IMG/VR virus record: IMGVR_UViG_3300045988_109391 | Source of the DNA: a virus | Length of the DNA stretch: 64,000 nucleotides | Reading direction: 5' to 3' (one strand) | Part shown: positions 29,701 to 39,146 of the stretch, in pieces | Position numbering within the stretch: the stretch's first letter is position 1 | Layout of the letters: each line of letters begins with the position of its first letter | Position numbers and translations under genes: made by a program | Notes under the pieces: generated by a model | Database searches by the model: none | What the model was told of the DNA's origin: nothing | What the model saw: only the letters and a program-made list of their open reading frames with translations

Positions 29701-30198
29701 ATGAGTGATAAAAATTATGTAAAATTATTGGAGGAGTCGTTGAAAGCTCTTCCAAAAGAAATATCTATAGCTATAATAAAAGACTATATATGTGATAATA
29801 ATTTGCATTCTGAGTACATCTCATTAATTTCAGAACTATCTGCTGATTATATTAATAGGTCTAATAAATTTATAGAAGATTTTAAGAGAGACGTAAATGC
29901 ATTATATCTCCCAGAACAATTTAATCATAATATATTTAAGCACATAGATATAGATGAAAAAAACTGGTTCTGGTATGCAAGATTATTAAAACATACAGAA
30001 GACGAAGTATACCCAAAATTTAATTTCTTTGTGCCAAGTTATTTAACAGATAGATTATATAATATAGTAAAAGATTTAGACATAAACTCAGAAAGTTGTG
30101 TTTACAATGAATTGAAAGAATTAAAAGATTTAGTAATAAAATTACATAATAAATATACAGAAGGAGTTGATAACGATGACAGAGGAAGAAAAGAATAG
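29701..30198 (+). CDS. Hypothetical protein
   Basis: AGGAGG RBS. Confidence 0.6.
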   Translation: MSDKNYVKLLEESLKALPKEISIAIIKDYICDNNLHSEYISLISELSADYINRSNKFIEDFKRDVNALYLPEQFNHNIFKHIDIDEKNWFWYARLLKHTEDEVYPKFNFFVPSYLTDRLYNIVKDLDINSESCVYNELKELKDLVIKLHNKYTEGVDNDDRGRKE

Positions 30199-30358
30199 AA
30201 TATTAGATTGTGTCTTTAATATAGAAGATAGATTACAATCTATAAAATATGAAATATCTAGCAATGCTAACCCATTTAAAGGTTATTTAGAAGAAAAGAT
30301 AATTCCAGCTATGAATGATGTTATATTAGTAGCTAAAACTATACAAAATATGAAGTAG
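30176..30358 (+). CDS. Hypothetical small protein
   Basis: GAAGGAG RBS; the ATG at 30176 overlaps the previous gene. Confidence 0.5.
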   Translation: MTEEEKNRILDCVFNIEDRLQSIKYEISSNANPFKGYLEEKIIPAMNDVILVAKTIQNMK

Positions 30359-30368
30359 GTGATGCTAA

Positions 30369-30662
30369 ATGCTAAGTAGAAAGCTAAGAAAACAACTGAA
30401 GCAACCAGATATATTCTTTCATCCAGAATGCTCACATAATATAATACACTATGCAGGAAAAGCTTGTGAATACGATACATGGAGTTTCTCAGATAGTATT
30501 AATAAAGTAAAACCAGAAGATTATAGAAAAGACTCAAATAATTTATGCCCAATATATATTTGTACTATGTGTGGAGAAGTTATTTGGAGCTCAGAGAAAC
30601 TGAAAGATATTGAATACTACATAGTAAGAGAAGTAAAGCATAAACTCAGTAAAAATAAATAA
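30369..30662 (+). CDS. Hypothetical Cys/His-rich (zinc-binding?) protein
   Basis: HPECSH...CPIYICTMCG pattern. Confidence 0.5.
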   Translation: MLSRKLRKQLKQPDIFFHPECSHNIIHYAGKACEYDTWSFSDSINKVKPEDYRKDSNNLCPIYICTMCGEVIWSSEKLKDIEYYIVREVKHKLSKNK

Positions 30663-30678
30663 CATAGCTATTACCAGA

Positions 30679-30694
30679 ATGACTCTAGAGACAT
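30679..30694. repeat. Intergenic repeat, core ATGACTCTAGAGACAT
   Basis: The sequence is CCAGAATGACTCTAGAGACATTTTCATATTAAATTAATGTAG. Confidence 0.65.
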
Positions 30695-30807
30695 TTTCAT
30701 ATTAAATTAATGTAGTTATATTTCTTACTTTTGATTATATAACTACTATTTTTATGCTTATAGCAAGCTAGCATATTATTAAATAATAGAAGAGGAGATG
30801 ATAAGAA

Positions 30808-31182
30808 ATGTTATACATACAAAATTCAAATGAGCAAGAAGTAGTAAAGATTACTATGAAAGATTTATTTAAAGTAAAAGATAAATATGATAGAATAAGA
30901 CCCACTAAAACTACTATAGATAGAAGAAGCTCGGCAGAATATACAATATACTTATCTTTTGAAAAGCATAATGTTAGTGATATAGAAGACTTAAAAGCTA
31001 AAATAGTAACTAAGTACCCAGAATTAGCTAAACATTCACAAGACGAGTTAAAACATTTGAAAGACGCAGAGCTTACTCAATTAAATATTTCATCTATTAT
31101 TGGAGGAAGAATAGTAGATTATGCTTTTAAAGTTGGTTATATGGATTTTGTAATTACAGCAAGAGTAATGATAGTTGCATAA
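30808..31182 (+). CDS. Hypothetical protein
   Basis: AGAGGAG RBS. Confidence 0.55.
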   Translation: MLYIQNSNEQEVVKITMKDLFKVKDKYDRIRPTKTTIDRRSSAEYTIYLSFEKHNVSDIEDLKAKIVTKYPELAKHSQDELKHLKDAELTQLNISSIIGGRIVDYAFKVGYMDFVITARVMIVA

Positions 31183-31218
31183 TATAAATACTGGATTAAA
31201 ATTAGGAGGTTATATAAA

Positions 31219-32574
31219 ATGGCTAGAAGAGATACACTGATAGAAAAATGTAAAATGCTAGGTCTTACTCCAGAGACTAGTAGAAATAGAGTAAATAAAG
31301 AGACTGGAGAAAAATATCAAGAGAGTACTATAGATGATTGCATTAAAGCTTTACAAGATTATTATATAAGCGTATATGAAACTAATGGAACATTAAATCC
31401 GTTTGTAAAATTGATTTTAAAGCATCCACCGATGCTAGCAGCTCAAATGAAGACAGTAAAAGAGGAGAATAGACCAGAGCTATGGAAATCAAATAATCAG
31501 TGGATAGCTACAGAGAAAATAGATGGCAATAGAATAAGATATTGTTATGATGAAAATTATGGAGTAGAATATTTTAGTAGAAACTTATCTGATGGATTAG
31601 AAGGAGACTACTTACCTATCGCATATTCAGAAACTATTACTATTCCTCATCCTCAAAAAGAGATACTAGCATCTGCAGGAATACATAGCTTTATTATAGA
31701 TGGAGAATTAGTACCATTCTACGACGATATTAGACAATTTAAAAATGTTAGAAGAATGAATGGACAAACTATAGAAGTAATGGAGTACCCTGTAGCAGAT
31801 ACTCGATTAAATCTTACTACTAGTATACTAGGAGCTTTGCCAGATTTAGCACATAGAATGCAAGAAACTAATCCACTTAAAATAATGGCATTTGACGTAA
31901 TTATGATAAATGGAGAAGATTTATCTAATAAGACACTTAGAGTAAGACTAGTAAATTTAATGAACTTATTAAGTATACTAAGAACTACATCAGTATCTAA
32001 TAGAGTGCAGCTAGTAAAGCAAGAACTAATAGCTAAAGAACAATTTTATCAAAATATAATAAATGCTGGGGGAGAAGGTTGTGTACTAAAAGATTTGAAT
32101 AGCCCATATACTGGTAAAAGAGATGGAAACTGGGTGAAGGCTAAAAGAACTATATCTGGTAGTATACTAGAGAAAGAGTCAGGAGATACTATAGATGCAT
32201 TTGTAATTGGCTTTAAAGAGGGTAACAAAGGAACTAACTTAGAAGGATTAGTAGCTGCATTAGACTTTGGAACTTATTTATTAGACGATGAAGATAACTA
32301 TATTACTGACGATTTAGGAATGCCAATAATACATCATATAGCTACTATAGCTGGATTTACATTAGAAGAAAGAGAGAGCATGACGGTTAAAGACTCTGAC
32401 GGTAATGTAACTTTAAATCGTTCTTATTATAATAGAGTAGCTGAAATAGATGGACAAGATATTTCTTCTAAGAACTATAGATTAGCGCATGCTGTAATTA
32501 AAAGATGGAGACTAGATAGAAGTAGTGATACTTGTATGATGAAAGAAAGTTTTATTAAGAATTTAGTATTATAA
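31219..32574 (+). CDS. ATP-dependent DNA ligase
   Basis: Five motifs are present. TEKIDGNR is motif I (KxDG, adenylated Lys). FIIDGELV is motif III. MAFDVIMING is motif IIIa. GEGCVLKD is motif IV. NWVKAKR is motif V. Confidence 0.85.
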   Translation: MARRDTLIEKCKMLGLTPETSRNRVNKETGEKYQESTIDDCIKALQDYYISVYETNGTLNPFVKLILKHPPMLAAQMKTVKEENRPELWKSNNQWIATEKIDGNRIRYCYDENYGVEYFSRNLSDGLEGDYLPIAYSETITIPHPQKEILASAGIHSFIIDGELVPFYDDIRQFKNVRRMNGQTIEVMEYPVADTRLNLTTSILGALPDLAHRMQETNPLKIMAFDVIMINGEDLSNKTLRVRLVNLMNLLSILRTTSVSNRVQLVKQELIAKEQFYQNIINAGGEGCVLKDLNSPYTGKRDGNWVKAKRTISGSILEKESGDTIDAFVIGFKEGNKGTNLEGLVAALDFGTYLLDDEDNYITDDLGMPIIHHIATIAGFTLEERESMTVKDSDGNVTLNRSYYNRVAEIDGQDISSKNYRLAHAVIKRWRLDRSSDTCMMKESFIKNLVL

Positions 32575-32587
32575 GAGGTGTTTTAAG

Positions 32588-32764
32588 ATGAAAGTAAGAA
32601 ATATGCCCAATGGTTCTATTTTATGGGATGGTTATACAATATTAGGAATAAAAGGAAATACTTTAGAAGAAAATTATGGAGATAAGTACTATGATTATGA
32701 TTGTATTCAAGAAGGAGGAAACTCTTTAGATTTTTCATTAGTAAAAAAGAGAGGTGAAGTTTAG
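32588..32764 (+). CDS. Hypothetical small protein (58 aa)
   Basis: GAGGTG RBS; fills the gap. The track shows only a spurious antisense ORF here. Confidence 0.45.
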   Translation: MKVRNMPNGSILWDGYTILGIKGNTLEENYGDKYYDYDCIQEGGNSLDFSLVKKRGEV

Positions 32765-33246
32765 TGAAAGAAGATAATATAGAAGAATTGAAACAACTGC
32801 TAGAAGAATTATATCGAACGCAGCAAGCTAGATTAGATGTAGGAGCAGACGATTTAGATATAAGAGAAGAAATAGCAGAAGTAGAAGAAGAAATTAAAGA
32901 GTTACAAGATGAAATAAATATTGATAGAGAAGATAGTATCAAGAATGAACAAAGTTCTATAGAAGAAGATATAAATAGATGCAATAAATTAACAGCAAGC
33001 TGGATAGGGTTAAGCAACCAATTAGCACTAAAACGTGTCTTATCAGATTATAAAAGAGTATTAAAAGAGAATGAAGAGTTAACAATAAGTAATAAAGAAA
33101 TAGACAAAGAATGTAGTAGATTAGAGAAAAAAGAAATTGAATTAATTAATGAAAATGAACATTATAAAGATTTAATATATGCATTAAAAACTTATTATGA
33201 CATTACAGAAGAAGATTTAGAAAAATGTATGAAAAACGATAGATGA
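32764..33246 (+). CDS. Hypothetical coiled-coil protein
   Basis: GAGAGGTGAAG RBS with a GTG start; heptad-rich Glu/Lys sequence. Confidence 0.5.
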   Translation: MKEDNIEELKQLLEELYRTQQARLDVGADDLDIREEIAEVEEEIKELQDEINIDREDSIKNEQSSIEEDINRCNKLTASWIGLSNQLALKRVLSDYKRVLKENEELTISNKEIDKECSRLEKKEIELINENEHYKDLIYALKTYYDITEEDLEKCMKNDR

Positions 33247-33261
33247 GAGGTGAGTAATAAT

Positions 33262-33537
33262 ATGACAGAGGAAGAAAAGAAAGCTAATGAATTAATTTAC
33301 AACGATATTGTATTAAATTTAATAAACAAACTACAGAAAGAGAATGAAGAGTTAAAGACAGATAATTATGAATTAAACAATAGAATAACTGATTTGTCAA
33401 AAAATATTCCAGTTCAAAAAATAAAAGATAAGATAGAAGAATTAGATAAAAAAGTTAAAGATTATCAATGCGTAGAAAATAGAATTAATCTTTATCAAAG
33501 AAAAGTTTTACAAGAACTATTAGAAGAGGAGAAATAG
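33262..33537 (+). CDS. Hypothetical coiled-coil protein
   Basis: GAGGTGAG RBS before the ATG at 33262. Confidence 0.5.
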   Translation: MTEEEKKANELIYNDIVLNLINKLQKENEELKTDNYELNNRITDLSKNIPVQKIKDKIEELDKKVKDYQCVENRINLYQRKVLQELLEEEK

Positions 33538-33538
33538 T

Positions 33539-33841
33539 ATGAGTGAAATTGCAGAAGCTATAATAAAAGATTATAGAAAAAACATTGAAGTTAAAGATGT
33601 TAAGCTTTATAGAGCTAGATGCTGGGACACTTTAGTAGTAAAAATAATAGACAATAATAAAAAATATTTTAGAAATAAAACATTAGATTTAGAATATTTC
33701 TATAGCACTAGCAGAAAATTAGAAAATGATGTAGAAGCTTTAATAAAAGACTATATAGAATGTAGAATGGGTAGAAAGATAAGAGAACTAGAAGCTTATG
33801 ATGCTATTCAAAAGTATAAAAAAGAGAATGGAGTACGATAA
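33539..33841 (+). CDS. Hypothetical protein
   Basis: GAGGAG RBS. Confidence 0.55.
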   Translation: MSEIAEAIIKDYRKNIEVKDVKLYRARCWDTLVVKIIDNNKKYFRNKTLDLEYFYSTSRKLENDVEALIKDYIECRMGRKIRELEAYDAIQKYKKENGVR

Positions 33842-34089
33842 TGAAAGAACTTTATACTAATATAACTTTAAAAGAAATGTTAGATGAATTAGTATCTGCT
33901 ATTTTATATAATCAACCTAAAACTTTAACATTTTATTATAGAAGAGAGATAGAAAATAACAAATATGAATATGTAGAAATTAATGAAATAGACTTATTAG
34001 ATAGCAGATTTAGAACTATAGATGGAGATTTTAGTGAATTTGAATGGGAATTAGAACATAGTAATATATACAAAAAGTCTGTTATATAG
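33841..34089 (+). CDS. Hypothetical protein
   Basis: TAATG overlap with the previous gene. Confidence 0.5.
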   Translation: MKELYTNITLKEMLDELVSAILYNQPKTLTFYYRREIENNKYEYVEINEIDLLDSRFRTIDGDFSEFEWELEHSNIYKKSVI

Positions 34090-34106
34090 AAAAGGAGTTA
34101 AAGATA

Positions 34107-34352
34107 ATGGAAGATTTTATTGATGAAAGATTAAAAGCTTTAATGGAAAGCTGTGTAGAAGAGCAAGTAGATAATATGATTAAAAAACGAGTAGAAGCAT
34201 TTAGTGATGAATTAAATGCTAGAAAAGATGACTTTATTTCATCTATTATGAAAGGCATAAGAGTATATCATGAAGAAGATGAAAAAACATTTACTATGAA
34301 TTATAGAATAATATTTGAAAATGTAGAAACAATAAAGCATATTAATAATTAA
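34107..34352 (+). CDS. Hypothetical protein
   Basis: AAGGAG RBS. Confidence 0.55.
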   Translation: MEDFIDERLKALMESCVEEQVDNMIKKRVEAFSDELNARKDDFISSIMKGIRVYHEEDEKTFTMNYRIIFENVETIKHINN

Positions 34353-34389
34353 TAAGTTTATTATTTTAATATAGGAGGTGTAAGAAGAT

Positions 34390-34962
34390 ATGTATGCATT
34401 ATATGAAGATTTAAAATGTGTAATGATACAAGAGTCGAGGTGTGGAAACATATCTAAAGACAAAGTATTTCTAGGAAAGAAATACGATAATGAAGTTTGT
34501 AGCTATATAAATTCTAATATAGAAGATGAAATTTATTTAGCTATATATGATATCACATTAGCTATACTTAGAGTGTCTAGCGATTTAGATACTCAAACTG
34601 AATACCCTATGTGTGCTAGTTATCAGAGCATACAGATAAGACCTAAGTCTTTATACCATAATTCTACAGGTTATTATATAAAAGAAAATGGAAAACAAGT
34701 TTACATAACCAATGAAGACGAATTAGCTCATATAGAACATTCTATTAAGAAATACACTAAATATTTAGAAGAGGGAAGATACTACACTATACCTGAAAAT
34801 TTAAAGAGAAAAGATAGCTGTACAGATATGGCTGCTCTATGCATAATCACAGACTACATAACTAAATATGGAGAAGATGCTGCGTTAAAAGTATTTGGAA
34901 AGCCTGCTATGATATCATACCAAATAGAAACGGGAGGAAGATACAATGGAAGAATTAGATGA
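34390..34962 (+). CDS. Hypothetical protein
   Basis: AGGAGGTG RBS. Confidence 0.55.
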   Translation: MYALYEDLKCVMIQESRCGNISKDKVFLGKKYDNEVCSYINSNIEDEIYLAIYDITLAILRVSSDLDTQTEYPMCASYQSIQIRPKSLYHNSTGYYIKENGKQVYITNEDELAHIEHSIKKYTKYLEEGRYYTIPENLKRKDSCTDMAALCIITDYITKYGEDAALKVFGKPAMISYQIETGGRYNGRIR

Positions 34963-35131
34963 AAGAATAGAAAATTTATTGAGTAGTAACAAGATAAAAG
35001 GTAATCACTGTAAATTACAGGAAGAACTAGGTATAAAAACTTGCTTGATAGAAGCAGATGATGACTTTACTTGCAGAGACTGCATTAAATATACACTTAC
35101 TCATACAAATACAAGGGAGGAAAATAAATGA
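34946..35131 (+). CDS. Hypothetical small protein
   Basis: GGGAGGAAG RBS; overlaps the previous gene. Confidence 0.5.
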   Translation: MEELDERIENLLSSNKIKGNHCKLQEELGIKTCLIEADDDFTCRDCIKYTLTHTNTREENK

Positions 35132-35664
35132 GCTTACTAGAAGATATTAGATTTTCTAACAGCATGAATAATCTTCAAGAGTTGTTAAATGGCTACTTTG
35201 TAGATTTAGAAAGAGCTATTGATAGATATATATTTAGAATAGCAAATGACTCTATAGGCAATTCTGGTGACACTGAACAACAAGTAGAAGTACAAAATCG
35301 ACAAAAGCAAATGCTAGAAAATATAATTCAATTTATTAATAAAATACAACTTATTTTCGAAGAACTAGACTATACTAATAACACTTCTGTATCAGCAGAC
35401 GTAGATGAAGATAGCTTTATAGACCAGTTAAAGCAGTATAAAGTACAAATGTTTAGATTGACTGAAAACTTCAATAGAGAATATTTTACAGCTTTTGCAA
35501 CACAGACGTACTATCTAGCAGCTTTAGCTGAATTTCATTATAACGCTAAGTTTGGTAGTTTATCAGAAGAAGCAGAAATGACTAGCGAAGACCAAGAAAT
35601 TACAGAAGAAGCTAATGATTACTTAGACTCTTTGCCAGAGCAAGATGTTAGTGATTTGCATTAA
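35128..35664 (+). CDS. Hypothetical protein with acidic C-terminus
   Basis: GGGAGG RBS; ATGA overlap with the previous gene. Confidence 0.55.
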   Translation: MSLLEDIRFSNSMNNLQELLNGYFVDLERAIDRYIFRIANDSIGNSGDTEQQVEVQNRQKQMLENIIQFINKIQLIFEELDYTNNTSVSADVDEDSFIDQLKQYKVQMFRLTENFNREYFTAFATQTYYLAALAEFHYNAKFGSLSEEAEMTSEDQEITEEANDYLDSLPEQDVSDLH

Positions 35665-35684
35665 ATAATATAAGGTGATAATAA

Positions 35685-36224
35685 ATGAGTAAATTATCTG
35701 AACGAGATGAAGTGATAAATTTTATGGAAAAAATAGATGGCAGAACTCCTATATTACTTATAGGAAAAGCTGCCTATATTTTTAAGAGAATATACAGAGG
35801 TAGAATATACCAGATGAATAATTTAGATGACATAGAAATTATAAATAATATGAATATTGCTAAGTTAAACAAAGTTGTAACTTTATTCGATGTATCTTTT
35901 ATGACTAATACTGAAAATATGTTAAAATTAGTAGAAGAAACTAGCTGTAGATTAATATTGCTAGCATCTAGAGATAACTTACCAGAAACTATTCTTAGTA
36001 GATGTAAAAATATTTTAAAAATACCTTTTGCAGAGTCTAACGAATTAAATCTAATTAAAAAGAAAGATGCTTATAGTATGTTAGCAAATTCTGAAGATAC
36101 ATTAGATGAAAAAACTCTTTTTATAGCAGAGAATAGACCTTCACTGATGCTAGATTTAGAAGATACTAAAGAACTAAGATATAAAGATAGAATACGAAGC
36201 ATATTATCTAATATAGAGGAGTAG
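35685..36224 (+). CDS. Clamp-loader-like AAA+ protein (delta-prime-like, degenerate Walker A)
   Basis: RLILLASRDNLPETILSRCKNI carries the clamp-loader SRC motif. The P-loop position reads LLIGKAAY, which is not GxxGxGKT. Confidence 0.5.
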   Translation: MSKLSERDEVINFMEKIDGRTPILLIGKAAYIFKRIYRGRIYQMNNLDDIEIINNMNIAKLNKVVTLFDVSFMTNTENMLKLVEETSCRLILLASRDNLPETILSRCKNILKIPFAESNELNLIKKKDAYSMLANSEDTLDEKTLFIAENRPSLMLDLEDTKELRYKDRIRSILSNIEE

Positions 36225-36230
36225 CTAAAT

Positions 36231-36955
36231 ATGAACTCATTAAAATTTGAACAAACAGATGTAAATTTAGTAAATCATAGTATAAAGCCTAATGGAGCAG
36301 AACTGCTACCATTCTTTTTTCCAAATTTTAAAGTAGTAAATGATAATTGTTTAATAGTAGACTGTCCGATAATATACACAGGTCCAGTAAAATATTTGAA
36401 TAGATTAAAGTCTTTTGAACAACCAATTATTTCAGTAACTACATTAGGAGAGTTTGACTTAACTGATGCTAAAACTCTAGTAAATATGACTTATACTAAG
36501 TGGCATCAAGATGTTCCAGATAGACTAGCTAAGTATGTAGATAAATTAGACTATAATGAAATACTAGAAGCAGTAAAAATACATTGGGTCACTGGAAAAT
36601 GGCCAATCAAAAAGTATAATAAGTCTGGAGCTTTTGTACACTTGTTAGAAGCTTTTTCAGTAGATACATATACAGCTTTAACTACATACTTAGAATTATT
36701 ACAAAGTAAATATACTTCTCGGAGCTTACTTTGAAAAATCGATGTTTAGTTTTTTAGATAAAATGGCTAGTCGGAGCTACTAACAATAGTCCTTGGTACA
36801 ATAAAATACTAAAGAAATTTCGTAGAGATAAGAACAGACTACTAAAACAAGCCATAGATAAATATCTAATAAATAATATCGACAATAAAGAATTAAAAGT
36901 ATATAATTTAATACAAGATTTAACTAGACAGGACCCTAATTGGAAAAATGATTAA
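36231..36955 (+). CDS. Hypothetical replication-module protein; single gene read with two +1 shifts (CGG 36720 and 36772)
   Basis: The joined sequence is ...LQSKYTS-GAYFEKSMFSFLDKMAS-GATNNSPWYNKILKKFRRDKNRLLKQAIDKYL...DPNWKND*. The final stop sits in the canonical TAACGAGAATGAC repeat junction. This removes an otherwise empty 220-nt gap. Confidence 0.65.
36720..36723 (+). other. In-frame CGG, inferred +1 recoding site (CGGA)
   Basis: Context is tct CGG agc tta; the zero frame stops 3 codons later. Confidence 0.7.
36772..36775 (+). other. In-frame CGG, inferred +1 recoding site (CGGA)
   Basis: Context is agt CGG agc tac. The frame reached after the first shift stops 2 codons later. The next +1 frame stays open for 60 codons. 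Confidence 0.7.
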
Positions 36956-36960
36956 CGAGA

Positions 36961-36976
36961 ATGACTCTAGAGACAT
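36961..36976. repeat. Intergenic repeat, core ATGACTCTAGAGACAT
   Basis: The sequence is TAACGAGAATGACTCTAGAGACATTTTTATACATTGGTTAATATAA. Confidence 0.65.
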
Positions 36977-37011
36977 TTTTATACATTGGTTAATATAATT
37001 TAATATTTTAA

Positions 37012-37038
37012 AGGAGCAATAAAAATGCTCCTTTTTTA
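37012..37038 (+). terminator. Rho-independent terminator
   Basis: Stem AGGAGCA / TGCTCCT with a 7-nt loop, followed by T6. Confidence 0.75.
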
Positions 37039-37085
37039 TTGCTTATTATTTATAATAATAGGTAATAATGTAAAGGAGTGTTTTT

Positions 37086-37364
37086 ATGGAAAATTCTGAA
37101 GTAATTTTTAGAGTAGCTAAAGATACTGATACTAAAAAATTAGCATCAGCTATATATTCAAATCTTCGTAACACTGATAGCATTACTTTGAGTTGTTTAG
37201 GAGTACCTGCAGTAAATCAAGCAGTAAAAGCTGTAATAACAGCAAGAAGCTCTAGTATTAGTAATGGATTTGATATAAGTAGCTATCCACATTTTTCTGA
37301 GGTCAATATCTCAGGAGAAGAAAAGACTAGCATTAGCATAGTACTTAAAAAGGAAACTGTATAA
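37086..37364 (+). CDS. spoVS: SpoVS-like protein (stage V sporulation protein S family)
   Basis: LSCLGVPAVNQAVKAVITARS...GFDISSYPHFSEVNISGEEKTSISIVL follows the SpoVS pattern (iqaiGagAlNQAvKAvAiARgf....G.Dl...P.F......GEErTai.l.v). Confidence 0.7.
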   Translation: MENSEVIFRVAKDTDTKKLASAIYSNLRNTDSITLSCLGVPAVNQAVKAVITARSSSISNGFDISSYPHFSEVNISGEEKTSISIVLKKETV

Positions 37365-37391
37365 TATAAAAATTTGAAAGGAGAAATTTGC

Positions 37392-39119
37392 ATGAATAGA
37401 TGGTTAGAAACAGACACACAAAAAACTGCAAGAAGCATAATTAATGTTTTAAATGAAAGTGCTGCTGGAATGATTAAAAAAGAAATTAATAAAGATAAGC
37501 CAGAAGAAGCACCTAAAGAAGAGAAAGTAGCTTTAGAAAAGAGAGTTACTAAAGCAGCTATAAAAGGTAGAAAACCAAATAGCAAAAATGCTAAAATGCC
37601 TGAAAAAACTGCTAAGAAAATAGTAAAAGAAGAACTAGAGCCAGAAGCTGAAAAATCTATAGAAGACCAAATAACTGACTTACAAGACTACTTAAACAAT
37701 ACTCCAGAAATAGCAGAAGACGAAAAAGAAGCTATACAAGCTGAGATAGACGACTTAATTAGTCAATTAGGAGAAAAAGAAGTAGACAATAAAGCTACTA
37801 AAAAATTAGACGAAAAAGAACTACTTACTGAAACTGGCGAATGGGATGACGATGAAGACGAAATGTCAGAGTGGTTAGAAGACTTGAGAACGCAAGCAAC
37901 AGCACTTGCAAACAATATAAATGGACAAGTTAAAAGCGTGTCAGATATAGATAAATATATAGGACCTATGGCTGTAATCAAAACACCTAAACACGGTGAT
38001 ATTGAAGTGTTTTTTGATAGTGAAGATGAAACAGGTAGAACATTTGTTATACCTAATATAAGTGGAGGGTTCTTACGTGGAGGTATAAATTATTTATCTG
38101 ATATTCTTAATCAAGACTCTATAGGTGCAGATGAAATAATCAATGAGTCAGAAAAATTAGAAGAAGCTAGTTTTAGTGATAAAGTATCTGCTATTAAAAA
38201 GTCTTTAAAGAAAAGAGACAAGAGATTATCTGATAAAACTGTAGAACAATCTGCTAAAAATATAGCAGGAGCTATGGCTAAAAAAGAGTTTTTAGAACAA
38301 AACGAAGATATTGAATTTAAAGTAGGAGATATAGTAAAAGTTCCTTACAAATATGGAACATATACTCCAGGAGAATTTACAGATGCTCCTATAATAGATA
38401 TTGAAGATGGAAGATATATAACTGTAGAAGTACCTAGTAAACAAGTAGTTTATATAGACCAACTTAGAAAATGGAATACTTTAGGAGAATGTGATGAACC
38501 TCTTAAAGAAGAATATTCAGAAAAATTCGGTGGGGACCCTAAAGACTTTATTGGAGACTTAATCTCAGTAAAATATCAATTAAGTAACTTAAACTTAGAC
38601 AGTTTTGGAAGTCATCTAGCTAGACAAATGGTAGAAGATTTTATAGACACTTGCGATAGACAAATTGAAAAAGCAAAAAGATTAGCTAGTGGAGATGAAT
38701 TTTATACAGAAGCAGATAATAGAACTTATAAAGATGCAGATGAAGCTGAATATTATAGAAACAAAGAACTATATGCAAACTCTGGCTTAGAAAGACATCA
38801 TGATGCTATGATGAATGCTAAAAAAGCCTGTGAAGAAAAAGGTATCAAACTAGATGAAGCTAATTATCTTAGCCCTACTAGAAAAGAAGAACATCTAGAT
38901 TTAGTAGCTTATGAGCCAGAAATTACATCTATTGATGAAGTAAAAGATAAATATGTAAAAATAAATGGAGACTTTCATAAAATAGTAAATGTAAAGCCAG
39001 AAGGAGATAAATTTGTAATTTCATTCGCTGCTGGTACAGGAACAACTATCGGAGGAGAATTTGAACCAGCTACTTTAGATGAAATAAAAAGACTTCAACT
39101 ATATACTGAAAATAAATAA
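37392..39119 (+). CDS. Large acidic protein (575 aa), function unknown
   Basis: AAAGGAG RBS before the ATG at 37392. The N-terminal third is Lys/Glu-rich and the composition is Asp/Glu-rich throughout. Confidence 0.6.
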   Translation: MNRWLETDTQKTARSIINVLNESAAGMIKKEINKDKPEEAPKEEKVALEKRVTKAAIKGRKPNSKNAKMPEKTAKKIVKEELEPEAEKSIEDQITDLQDYLNNTPEIAEDEKEAIQAEIDDLISQLGEKEVDNKATKKLDEKELLTETGEWDDDEDEMSEWLEDLRTQATALANNINGQVKSVSDIDKYIGPMAVIKTPKHGDIEVFFDSEDETGRTFVIPNISGGFLRGGINYLSDILNQDSIGADEIINESEKLEEASFSDKVSAIKKSLKKRDKRLSDKTVEQSAKNIAGAMAKKEFLEQNEDIEFKVGDIVKVPYKYGTYTPGEFTDAPIIDIEDGRYITVEVPSKQVVYIDQLRKWNTLGECDEPLKEEYSEKFGGDPKDFIGDLISVKYQLSNLNLDSFGSHLARQMVEDFIDTCDRQIEKAKRLASGDEFYTEADNRTYKDADEAEYYRNKELYANSGLERHHDAMMNAKKACEEKGIKLDEANYLSPTRKEEHLDLVAYEPEITSIDEVKDKYVKINGDFHKIVNVKPEGDKFVISFAAGTGTTIGGEFEPATLDEIKRLQLYTENK

Positions 39120-39146
39120 CAAAGAAAATATAAGGAGGATTTAAAA

